From NCBI GenBank assembly GCA_036307765.1, contig JAXJWX010000091.1, positions 10,472 through 74,471 of the forward strand: 64,000 nt of DNA, read 5' to 3'. The DNA comes from Paludibacteraceae bacterium. GTDB taxonomy: Bacteria; Bacteroidota; Bacteroidia; Bacteroidales; Paludibacteraceae. The translations under genes and the position numbers were made by a program. Positions 18,210-27,211 of the stretch are shown here, one piece after another (the first letter of the stretch is position 1; every line of letters begins with the position of its first letter). Under the pieces are notes generated by a model. It saw nothing but the letters and a program-made list of their open reading frames with translations. It did no database searches and had not been told where the DNA came from.

Positions 18210-18992
18210 TTATTCTTCTTCTGGTTCGTGGTCTGGTTCGTGTTCATTGATGAAGGAGTGGATATAATCCTCGCTGATCTGCATAAAGTCCTTCACCGAC
18301 TTGACCTTATTGATATGTTTCTTACCGTCATTCGTGTTCTCATTCATAAAGTCTTCAAACCTTAATATGTTATCCAGTTTCTTGTTCTCACCAAGACCCA
18401 GAGCGTCAGCATAGTCTTTTGGCACCGTGAGCATACTCTTTCTACTCGTAGGTTCCCCTCTATATGGTAATCCCTCCGCTCCGCCTTTCATCTTTTTTCC
18501 ATCATATCTCATCTCAACGATGTGTTCTTCGCCAGTAATGGGGCAACTGATAGTGATTATCTCAAATAGCGATGCATCAAATAGTTCGCGATCGCCAATC
18601 TCTATGGTATATTCAAATATAGAATTATCATCATAATACATATCAGCGTTCAGGAGGGTCATACCATCGCCGTTATTAACATCCCTAATAGTCATCAATA
18701 TAGGATGATTTATAGCAGATAGAACATTATCCCTTGCTACTACACCCTTAATGTTGCCTAATTCATAGTCAATCTCTCTTATAGGATGGATAGCAACTCC
18801 CGCGATAGTAGTGTCAAATGTTTCATAATCTCGTAGAATATCCAATTTGTTATCCGTAAAATAAAGGGAGTTCCCCTTATTGACCCACTTGCATCCCTTC
18901 GCTTTTTGCAAGTCGCTTTCTTCAAATGTTATTTTCATCACTTCGTATTTGATACGCTGTGCTCTTATTTTCACCTTCAATACATTACTCAT
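18210..18992 (-). CDS. Hypothetical protein with an acidic C-terminus
   Basis: A 260-aa ORF with no motif I recognise. Confidence 0.5.
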   Translation of the reverse strand: MSNVLKVKIRAQRIKYEVMKITFEESDLQKAKGCKWVNKGNSLYFTDNKLDILRDYETFDTTIAGVAIHPIREIDYELGNIKGVVARDNVLSAINHPILMTIRDVNNGDGMTLLNADMYYDDNSIFEYTIEIGDRELFDASLFEIITISCPITGEEHIVEMRYDGKKMKGGAEGLPYRGEPTSRKSMLTVPKDYADALGLGENKKLDNILRFEDFMNENTNDGKKHINKVKSVKDFMQISEDYIHSFINEHEPDHEPEEE

Positions 18993-19294
18993 CTCAAAAT
19001 AATAATTTTTATTATATAATGTATTTATGGAGATTGTTGGCGGATCTCCCCATTATTTTTTTTCTTTTTTGTTATATTTATATTAGACTTGCATTTCTTG
19101 CCAGTTATACATAAATAAAATAGAAGATGAATTATAATATGGTAATAATATAAAGAATGGTAATACGGTTTTCTGTTGGTTGTTCTCCACAATGGGCTGA
19201 TAGAAAATAAATATATGAGAGATAGAAAAGCACTTGAAATCTGAAAGCGGAGTGGAGACCGCAAGTAGGATTTCAAGTGTTATTTTTATTTTAT

Positions 19295-22141
19295 ATGGAG
19301 AAGAACAATTATATTAATAGTACGAATGAAGAAGCGTTATTCACACCTGATTACTTCATCAACGCAGACGATAAGTTTTATTTGTCTGACATCATCACAG
19401 ATAAGTTGTATAATAAGTGGTTCGCACGAACGAAACCAGCAAAGATATTCGTGCTGAACAAAGGACGATGTGGCAACGGAGGAACGATGGGATTTATCAA
19501 TTACGCGAGAGAGCAGTGTAAAGGATTGATTGTAAGTGTCCCTAACAGAAGTATCGTTATATCAAAGGAGAAATATGACGAGTGTTGTTGTGTGTATGGT
19601 GGTGCAGAGAATATTGATAGAAACAAGAATATTCGTATATGCACTTGGGATAAGACTGATGAAGTTGAAGGATATAACCAGTTCGGATTTGAGAATATAG
19701 ATGTAACTGATTGGGATGTCGATCCGCGTATCTGGTCGGGTTCATTGTTGGTGGTTGATGAATATCACAAGTTGATAGACGACAGCAACTACCGTGAAAT
19801 ATGTTATAAAATAACTGAAAGAATACTTACTACTGACAGCAATGTTGTGCTTATGAGTGCAACACCTAACTATGAGTTCATTGAGTTCTTGCGTCTATAT
19901 AGTGGTAAGGATGTTGAGACATATAGTGTGCAGTATGACGATGAGGACAAGGATAAGGTCTTTGCTCCTATACAGTGGATGGACAGACCGAAGGGTGTGA
20001 GGTTGTATGATATTGTCAGTGAGGTTATAGAGGCTTCACGAAGAAGGAAGAATGAGTATGAGCAATGCCCATCAAAGGTTGGATTGGCTGATAGTCAAGT
20101 TTGTATCTTTTTTAGTTCTGTGCGAGAAATATCCAATCTTGTTAATGATATGCCAGACACATCTGATGTTGAGGTGTTGTGTGCAAAAACTGAACTGAAT
20201 GAATTGAGGGTTCCTTGTTATAGTAAGAAGTTTAACCCAGAGAAGCAGATACATTTTTTGACGAGTGCTTATTTCGTCGGTATGGATATATACTTACCGA
20301 AAGATGAAAGGGGTAATAAGCGTCGCGTTGATAAGTTTATATTCATTGGTGGTAACAGTCAATACCAATTGTCATACTCCAATAAGGAGATAAAGCAAGG
20401 GTTAGGTCGTGGTCGTGATGGATATAATGGTTCGTTCATCATACCAAATGGTCGTATTATCAATGGAGATATGTATGAGGATTTCGCTGCTAAAAGAGTA
20501 ACGAGTAAAGGTGATGTCAATACACACAAGGATTTCGCTGGTGATGAGGAGTATGTTCAGCGTCATCTTGAAGCAATTATCAAGTGCAATCTTGATAATC
20601 TATACTATACTAAAATCATTGAAAGTATGGAAGGATGGAATGATGGAGCGTCGTTCAAGAATATGATGAGTGTATATCCAGAATATACTGTGAATATAAA
20701 ACAGATGCCCAAACCAAAGATATACAAGAGAAAGAGAGATATTAGTTTCAATGAGTATAAGAAGAAGCGTCTTGCTGGTGAGCAGGTCGTTTATAAGTAT
20801 AGTGGTATATGTGAGAAGTATATTGAGAAGTATGGATTAGATAAGTTTGAAACTGCAACTCGTAGTGAAATTGAGCGAAAGGTCAAGTTGGATTTTGTTG
20901 TCGGAGATGTAGATATAGAGACTATGACAAGCGAACAGAAGTTTGAGTTCTTGCTGGGTGATGGCTATTATAGTGGTAGTTATCTGATGGGCGTGTTGGA
21001 TTATCTTGGTGAGAAATGTGAATATGAAGAATTGGAGGAGAAAATGAATGGTGTGTTTGGTTGTTATTGTATATATCAGAAGGGTAATAGAAGGAAGGGA
21101 AGTTGTGTGTTTCTTTGTCTCTTGACGGGTAGTTTGTGGCAAGAGCAGAAAAACTGGGACACGCCTTATATATATAAGAACGCGTCCCAGAAAAACGGCT
21201 ACCACCACATAAATGCATTAAAAATATCAAGGAGAACATCAAAGTTCGGTTACAAGACCGAAGCAATAACAGAGTATCTTGACAGCAGCAAGTTCTACTC
21301 TATAATTAACGGAGGAGACTATAATTTTCAAGCGGAGTTATACACCAAGATATTCAAGGATGTATCAGTGATACCTTCCTTAAAGCGAGATGAACAATAT
21401 AAGAAGATATTAGATAAATGTAAGAATAACCAGACCCTGATCTGCGAGTTCTATAAAGACACCTCATCATCTACTCGTTACCCTCACAAGGCAGAGGAGA
21501 TGGAGAAGATAGATTGCTTAATTGTTGATATTGATGACAGCATTTCGTTTAATGAGTTCAATGAGAAATATTCACATCTTACTTGGACAGCATACCCAAC
21601 AATATCTAACTATGACGCTGACAATTGGCGTAAGTTCAGAGTTGTGTTTCCATTAGCACAAACACTACTTATCCCTAATGATAATCTTAATGTGCTTAAA
21701 CTATTGAGAAGGATGGTATGTAAGTATGAGGATAGATGTCATAATTTAGGCAGTAGCATCAATGCAGAGCAGTGGGAGATGAGGCGTTCTAACGAAGGTA
21801 AGTTGGTTGATATTAGTCAAGGAACGGTAACTTATCTTCATTCTCTATTGCAAAATATGGTAACTGTTTCTGGTAAGTTTAGGAAATCTAAGAAGGATAA
21901 TGTTGTTGTGGATATACCAGAGATAATAAACGCAGCGATTGAAAGAGCAGTGCAACTTATTCAGGCGGCGAAAGAAGGTAGCAGACACTCTACTATATTT
22001 GGACAGATGTGGAAGTTGATGTCCATATACCATATCAGTGATGAGCAGATTAATTATATCCGTGAGCGGATCACCGACTATGAAAAGGTCAAAGAGTTCA
22101 ATGAACAGGTGAAGTATATATATAAAAGATATATGCGATAG
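19295..22141 (+). CDS. SF2 helicase fused to a primase/replicase-like C-terminal region
   Basis: Helicase-like motifs are GRCGNGGT (I-like), VVDEYH (II), MSATPN (III) and QGLGRGRD (VI). The C-terminal DCLIVDIDD is a DxD motif resembling archaeo-eukaryotic primase-type domains. The start is taken at the first ATG (19295) rather than the GTG of the track. Confidence 0.55.
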   Translation: MEKNNYINSTNEEALFTPDYFINADDKFYLSDIITDKLYNKWFARTKPAKIFVLNKGRCGNGGTMGFINYAREQCKGLIVSVPNRSIVISKEKYDECCCVYGGAENIDRNKNIRICTWDKTDEVEGYNQFGFENIDVTDWDVDPRIWSGSLLVVDEYHKLIDDSNYREICYKITERILTTDSNVVLMSATPNYEFIEFLRLYSGKDVETYSVQYDDEDKDKVFAPIQWMDRPKGVRLYDIVSEVIEASRRRKNEYEQCPSKVGLADSQVCIFFSSVREISNLVNDMPDTSDVEVLCAKTELNELRVPCYSKKFNPEKQIHFLTSAYFVGMDIYLPKDERGNKRRVDKFIFIGGNSQYQLSYSNKEIKQGLGRGRDGYNGSFIIPNGRIINGDMYEDFAAKRVTSKGDVNTHKDFAGDEEYVQRHLEAIIKCNLDNLYYTKIIESMEGWNDGASFKNMMSVYPEYTVNIKQMPKPKIYKRKRDISFNEYKKKRLAGEQVVYKYSGICEKYIEKYGLDKFETATRSEIERKVKLDFVVGDVDIETMTSEQKFEFLLGDGYYSGSYLMGVLDYLGEKCEYEELEEKMNGVFGCYCIYQKGNRRKGSCVFLCLLTGSLWQEQKNWDTPYIYKNASQKNGYHHINALKISRRTSKFGYKTEAITEYLDSSKFYSIINGGDYNFQAELYTKIFKDVSVIPSLKRDEQYKKILDKCKNNQTLICEFYKDTSSSTRYPHKAEEMEKIDCLIVDIDDSISFNEFNEKYSHLTWTAYPTISNYDADNWRKFRVVFPLAQTLLIPNDNLNVLKLLRRMVCKYEDRCHNLGSSINAEQWEMRRSNEGKLVDISQGTVTYLHSLLQNMVTVSGKFRKSKKDNVVVDIPEIINAAIERAVQLIQAAKEGSRHSTIFGQMWKLMSIYHISDEQINYIRERITDYEKVKEFNEQVKYIYKRYMR

Positions 22142-22238
22142 CACGGCATTGCGAAAAAAATAATTTTTTTTGAAATCAAACTCTTTTTGCTGAAATCGTT
22201 ATCACCCCATAAATACTTTATACAAAAGATTTATTATT

Positions 22239-22820
22239 ATGAAGAAATGTTTTCAAGTATTGTTTAATCGTCCATTAGATTTTGAGGATGAGGTTATTTA
22301 TGGTTTTCGTGTTCCCTGTGATGGTAGAGCAAAGTTAATTATTGAGTATGCAGTAGAAGAGTTGATTGGCAAGTGGTGCTTTTTGCAAAAGCACGGAGGC
22401 AATTTAGAAACTAAATCAATCTGGATGGATAAGAATGGTCGCCTCTACCGTTCAGGTAAATCAACATTGTTGTATTCATACACCGCTGCACTTGCCACCT
22501 ATACATATTTTCGGATTGACGAGTATTGGGTTGATGACGACTATGATTTGGACGATGCCAAAATAACCGAACCAACGGATTATTTCAATCTTCGCTGCGA
22601 GATGGAGGACGAAGACTATAAAACGGGGTATAATGGGTGGCTGCAAGTGTATCAAAAATTGCTTAAAAAGTTCCACAGACTACTTGATGTTGATGATAAG
22701 GGTCAGGACAAACTTGACTATGACGAGCAAGAAAGGACTAATAGGATGTCCAAAATCAGCAGAAATGAGGTGTTTGGTGTAGAAAAAGAGGGTTATTTGA
22801 ACGAGGGTATTTGTAAATAA
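22239..22820 (+). CDS. Hypothetical protein
   Basis: A 193-aa ORF downstream of the helicase gene, with no recognisable motif. Confidence 0.45.
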   Translation: MKKCFQVLFNRPLDFEDEVIYGFRVPCDGRAKLIIEYAVEELIGKWCFLQKHGGNLETKSIWMDKNGRLYRSGKSTLLYSYTAALATYTYFRIDEYWVDDDYDLDDAKITEPTDYFNLRCEMEDEDYKTGYNGWLQVYQKLLKKFHRLLDVDDKGQDKLDYDEQERTNRMSKISRNEVFGVEKEGYLNEGICK

Positions 22821-23234
22821 CTGATAATCAGTAGTATAATTTTGCAACTCGGTAAAATGAGACTTTTAGGGTCAGGAGGTATGTTTTATAACATCCTCCT
22901 ATTTTTCTTCTCTATATAACCTAACTATTTGAGGACCAATCAATTAAGGACCAATTTTTTGTTGATTTTCCTTGGTCGGTTCATTTTTTTTTTGTAATTT
23001 TGCAAAAAATAATTATTTTTTGCAACAACGATGCATAATACCCTTTTATTTACATATTGCATAACTGATGGTGAAATAGATAATATGAGTGAAAAACAAA
23101 AGTCAATAATATTAAGGATACTATCGGAGAGAGACCACATCAAAAATTAGACCAAATAACTCTTTGTTTGAACTGAACGCAAAAAACACTTGGTTCAAAT
23201 GACCTTATGAGACTTAAATGAACCCAACATTAAA

Positions 23235-23912
23235 ATGAACCCATATATGACTATGACAACAGACATCAGAGCGGCAATATATGCTCGCGTATCCTCAACA
23301 GGGGAAAGACAATCAACAGAAAGACAAGTGATAGACCTAACAGATTACGCCAACAAGAACACGATGACGATATGTAGAACTTTTGAAGAGCATATATCGG
23401 GAGCGAAGAAGAACCACGAGCGACCAGTTCTCCAAGAGTGTTTGACATATTGTATAGAGGAGAAGGTTGATGTGTTATTGCTCTCGGAGTTGAGCCGCCT
23501 TGGTAGAAATGTAGATGAAGTCCTTGCTAATATCCGCTTCGCAAAGGAGAACCGCTTGAATGTCTATTTTCAAAAAGAAGGTATATCCATCTACGGAACT
23601 GATGGAAAAGAAAATCCTTACCTTACCATTATGATTGCAGTCCTCGGAACCTGCGCCCAAATGGAGCGTGAGAACATACACTATCGCTTGCAGTCAGGCA
23701 GAAAGGTTTATGTTGATAAGAACCTTGCTGCTACTGGTAAGTCAGGTCTTGGGAGAAAGGAAGGTTATCGCAAGCCAGTTGAAACAAAGAAAGAAGAATA
23801 TAAGGAGGCATTAAAACTTTTGCGCGCTGGATATCCAATACGAAAGGTTGCTAAACTAACATCTGTTTCTGAAAGCACCATTAAACGATTAAAGAAGGAG
23901 TTCGCAATATGA
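23235..23912 (+). CDS. Serine recombinase (resolvase/invertase family)
   Basis: 225 aa. AAIYARVSSTGERQSTERQ holds the catalytic Ser region, and there is a C-terminal HTH (IRKVAKLTSVSESTIKRL). Confidence 0.8.
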   Translation: MNPYMTMTTDIRAAIYARVSSTGERQSTERQVIDLTDYANKNTMTICRTFEEHISGAKKNHERPVLQECLTYCIEEKVDVLLLSELSRLGRNVDEVLANIRFAKENRLNVYFQKEGISIYGTDGKENPYLTIMIAVLGTCAQMERENIHYRLQSGRKVYVDKNLAATGKSGLGRKEGYRKPVETKKEEYKEALKLLRAGYPIRKVAKLTSVSESTIKRLKKEFAI

Positions 23913-24239
23913 TAAACATAGAACAAATCAAATGGATATATCAGCACTTCGGTGTTGTGATGGCGCTAAGGTCCGCAGGGTATGATCTACTCGCGGACCT
24001 TGCTTTTATATGTTATTGCATAACGCTGCCTATTCAGTTCTTGTGGATACTTTTGAAAAAGATATTTGGGATATAACGAGTGAAAAACGACATTTTTTTT
24101 GAAAAAAAGTGCATTTTTTCGTCATTTTTTTCGGAGGTTTGTTATTTTTATTGTGTAGGGTTAAGGAATTGGTGGTTGAGATGATAAGCCCAATTCTCAA
24201 AGCCTGCTCATTGTTTTAGAAATTAAAATTATTTTAAAT

Positions 24240-24530
24240 ATGTTTAGTAAAGTAAATCTTGATGAATGCAATCTGTCCATCACGGTGAAGATGGAAGATT
24301 TGAAAGCCCTATTTTTCAAATGGGAAGATGAATGGGCGAAGAAAGTGGCGGAAGCCAATAAATTAAAGGAACAGCAGGAATGGTATAACAGCCGCGAGAC
24401 TGCTAATATTTTTAGGAAGAGTATTTCAACTATCAACAGATGGAAACACTCTGGATTTTTAACAGCCAAAACGATTGGTGGGATGGATTATTATAATAAG
24501 AAGGAAATTGAATTAAAAATGAAAGCGTAG
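24240..24530 (+). CDS. Excisionase-like/MerR-type helix-turn-helix DNA-binding protein
   Basis: 96 aa. YNSRETANIFRKSISTINRWKHSG resembles Bacteroidales excisionase-family HTH proteins. Its stop abuts the integrase start. Confidence 0.55.
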   Translation: MFSKVNLDECNLSITVKMEDLKALFFKWEDEWAKKVAEANKLKEQQEWYNSRETANIFRKSISTINRWKHSGFLTAKTIGGMDYYNKKEIELKMKA

Positions 24531-24531
24531 A

Positions 24532-25866
24532 ATGACTATTAATTTTGAATTATCAAAAAAAGAGGACGCGAACAAGATGCGTCAAATACTGGTAAGAATA
24601 TCGGTATCAAGAACCTTCCGAGTAGGGAGCAAGACTGGATTGTATGTGTCAATGAAAGATTGGGACGAAAAAAACAATTCTGTGAGAAAGATTAGTAAGA
24701 TTGAGCGTGTGGAAAAGCAGCAAGAACTCGCTACACTTCGTGATGAACTTGCAAAACTTGAAAGTCATATTGAACAAGCGATTATTAGCGAACGAGAATT
24801 GGAGAAGATGACGGATAAAAAGGATAGGCAGGAGTGGATAGATTTAGTGATTGAGAGTTTTTACGACCCCAGTGTAAAACTCACAAGAATGAAAAACCTG
24901 ACATTTGACGAGTTTGCAAAGATTTATGTGGAGGTTAGAAGTAAGGAAGAACATTGGAAGCCTGCAAAGAACAACCACATCAACAGAAAGAAACTCTGGG
25001 AACATCCGTCATTTGACAAATTAAGTGCAGTGCAGAGCCAAGTGCATAAGATGAACCCGAAATTACTGATGGACACGATTACAGGGGTGACATTGGACGA
25101 GTATCAACACTTCCTCGTAAGTCAAGGATATAACAACAAAACGATTGAGAACCATATTTCATATTTCAAACAGATTTTGCGATGGGCGTATGAGAAGGGA
25201 TATTTGAAATATGGCAGAGATGTGATGGAACACAAGGTTAAGGACTTAAAGATAGCAAAGCCCACACCATTCAATTATCTAACTTGGGATGAGTTTCTCC
25301 AATTTTACAATTGTGAGTTTGATGAATTGGAAAAAGACTTGGAGTTGGCAAGGGATAGATTTTGTTTCTGCTGCGCGACCTCGTTGCGACATAGTGATTT
25401 GGCGTTGTTAAAGAAATGCCATTTTGATAATCCCGATAACCCAACATCATTTAGTATCGTTAGTAAGAAGACGGATGATGCTCTCACCATCCCCCTAAAT
25501 GAATACAGCAGAAGTCTCTATAAAAAGTATAAGGATAAGGATAGTGATAATGGACTGCTTTTTCCAAAGAAGTCAAATCAGAAGATGAATAAGTGCTTGA
25601 AGAAAATTGCATTGAGGTTGGGGATAACGAGGGAGGTTAGCAAAACAGAGTATTCAGGAGCGGTCAGAAGCGACACCACAACAAGGATATGTGATATTAT
25701 TGCTACACACGCAGCCCGTAGAACTTTTGTAGTGCATTGTGCAGAAGAAGGTTGGTCGGAAGAACTGATTAGAACATACACTGGACACGAGGATTTTAGG
25801 GCAATGAGACCATATTTTGCAATCGGAGATAAGAAAAGGCAAATGTATATGGAAAAACATTTTTAG
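24532..25866 (+). CDS. Tyrosine-type site-specific integrase
   Basis: 444 aa with an N-terminal arm-binding-like region, a HAARRTF (HxxR) motif and TGHEDFRAMRPY containing the catalytic Tyr. Confidence 0.85.
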   Translation: MTINFELSKKEDANKMRQILVRISVSRTFRVGSKTGLYVSMKDWDEKNNSVRKISKIERVEKQQELATLRDELAKLESHIEQAIISERELEKMTDKKDRQEWIDLVIESFYDPSVKLTRMKNLTFDEFAKIYVEVRSKEEHWKPAKNNHINRKKLWEHPSFDKLSAVQSQVHKMNPKLLMDTITGVTLDEYQHFLVSQGYNNKTIENHISYFKQILRWAYEKGYLKYGRDVMEHKVKDLKIAKPTPFNYLTWDEFLQFYNCEFDELEKDLELARDRFCFCCATSLRHSDLALLKKCHFDNPDNPTSFSIVSKKTDDALTIPLNEYSRSLYKKYKDKDSDNGLLFPKKSNQKMNKCLKKIALRLGITREVSKTEYSGAVRSDTTTRICDIIATHAARRTFVVHCAEEGWSEELIRTYTGHEDFRAMRPYFAIGDKKRQMYMEKHF

Positions 25867-25869
25867 ATT

Positions 25870-25901
25870 AAAGGGAACTACAAAGGTGGTTCCCTTTTTT
25901 T
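25870..25901 (+). terminator. Rho-independent terminator after the integrase gene
   Basis: gggaac (25873-25878) pairs with gttccc (25889-25894), followed by a T-run. Confidence 0.6.
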
Positions 25902-26071
25902 GGTGCATTTTTGCCATAAAAAAGTTGCACCGATATGGGTCCGATAGCATAATGCGAGTAGATTGATAAGGTAAATAGCAGGTAATTTTCCTAATATCTC
26001 ATAGCGTATCTGTATGGTTCTCAGTTAGAAACATATAAAATCAGGTTAAGAATATTGGAAAATTATGTGTT

Positions 26072-26415
26072 AATCCCTCTCTCTCCGCCAAAAAGAAAGG
26101 AGTTCCAATAAGGAGCTCCTTTTCTTTTTTGTGAGAAGAACAGGGCCTTCTCACACCCTCGGACGGGGGCTCTTATCTCGACCGAACTGGTCTCGAACGA
26201 TACGCGCAAAAAATTGCGCTAGCGAATCCCTCTCTCTCCGCCAAAAAGAAAGGAGTTCCAAAAGGAGCTCCTTTTCTTTTTTGTGAGAAGAACAGGGCCT
26301 TCTCACACCCACGGACGGGGGCTCTTATCTCGACCGAATTGGTCTCGAACGATACGCGCAAAAAATTGCGCTAACGAATCCCTCTCTCTTCGCTAAAAAG
26401 AAAGGAGTTCCAATT
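26072..26415. repeat. ~152-bp tandem repeat (2 full copies plus 1 partial), each starting with a copy of the tRNA-Ser 3' end
   Basis: tRNA-end copies lie at 26072-26088, 26223-26241 and 26375-26393 (1 mismatch). Each is followed by the hairpin aaaggagttcc...ggagctccttt. Confidence 0.9.
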
Positions 26416-26848
26416 AGCAAAGAAAGACGATTCTTATAATTGCGTTCGTTTTCGTGTAATATATCATCATTCGCCTGATCAATAATGGATTGTATACAAA
26501 CACCATCATTCTCCGTCATCGAAAATGCTACATTCAGTACTTTTTGCATACAATAGGTATATTTCTTTGAATTATGCAAATAAAATTATTCTATTAGCAT
26601 AATTTTAGTAGAATAATAAATGCGAGAATAGAATGAGTGGTGGAAAAAAGACAAAAAAGCAGTTCCGATTTCTAAGCATTTATATCCGATTTTTAAGGCA
26701 GAAGTACAACAAGTAATCCGCTGGGCAATTGACGCTTGCGAAGTTTTATGTCCCATAATATATGCAACATTTGGTGGAAAAGCAATTTGTGTAGTAATTT
26801 TGCAGTCGCAAACGCAATTAAAAACCTCCTGCTCCCGCTGGTCGCGAA

Positions 26849-27200
26849 ATCTAAACTATCTAAACTAACAAATAGGGATATATTACTAACCACGGACGAG
26901 CACGGATTTACACGGAAACGAGGGGTATGATTAACAACAACATAAACAACATAAACAACATAAATCAACAACATATTGCGCCCAAAACAACACATTGGGC
27001 GCTACGCGGGAGATATTACCAACCACCGATGAGCACGGACAGGCACGGAAACGCTGAGCTATAACCGCCTACGCCTGCGGCGAGAGATCTAAACTATCTA
27101 AACTAATAAATAGGGAAACAATGAAGATTAACAAGCTGAACCAAAAATTGAGCGTACCTATTGAGAGGTACACCTTAATATAATAAATAATCTAAACTAA
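26849..27200. repeat. Iteron-like repeat field upstream of the DUF3987-like gene
   Basis: There are two triplets of CACGGA at exact 10-bp spacing (26891/26901/26911 and 27024/27034/27044). atctaaactatctaaactaa occurs at 26849-26868 and 27087-27106, with a half copy at 27190-27200. The 9-bp unit aacataaac is repeated three times. Confidence 0.8.
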
Positions 27201-27211
27201 AACACATTTTT

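Larger units (their letters stand above)
14769..26088. mobile_element. ~11.3-kb integrative element inserted in the 3' end of tRNA-Ser(TGA)
   Basis: An exact 17-nt direct repeat aatccctctctctccgc occurs at 14769-14785 (inside the tRNA) and at 26072-26088. A tyrosine integrase and an excisionase-like gene abut the right end. Confidence 0.8.

Noticed and set aside
19025-19276. 83-aa minus-strand ORF in the divergent spacer
   Set aside because: It lies in an AT-rich, low-complexity promoter region between divergent genes, and the translation is implausible.
26173-26579. Minus-strand ORFs 26173-26361 and 26325-26579
   Set aside because: Their C-terminal halves are encoded by the att-scar tandem repeat, which is why both end in the same peptide, ...FCAYRSRP[VI]RSR. 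At best they are a remnant of a gene disrupted by integration.
26927-27063. Plus-strand small ORF MINNNINNINNINQQH...
   Set aside because: It is generated by the 9-bp tandem repeat aacataaac. The region is better explained as a repeat/iteron field.
26072-27200. Possibility that the repeat arrays are a CRISPR array
   Set aside because: The units are ~152 bp with no unique spacers, or are short phased hexamers. There are no cas genes in the window.
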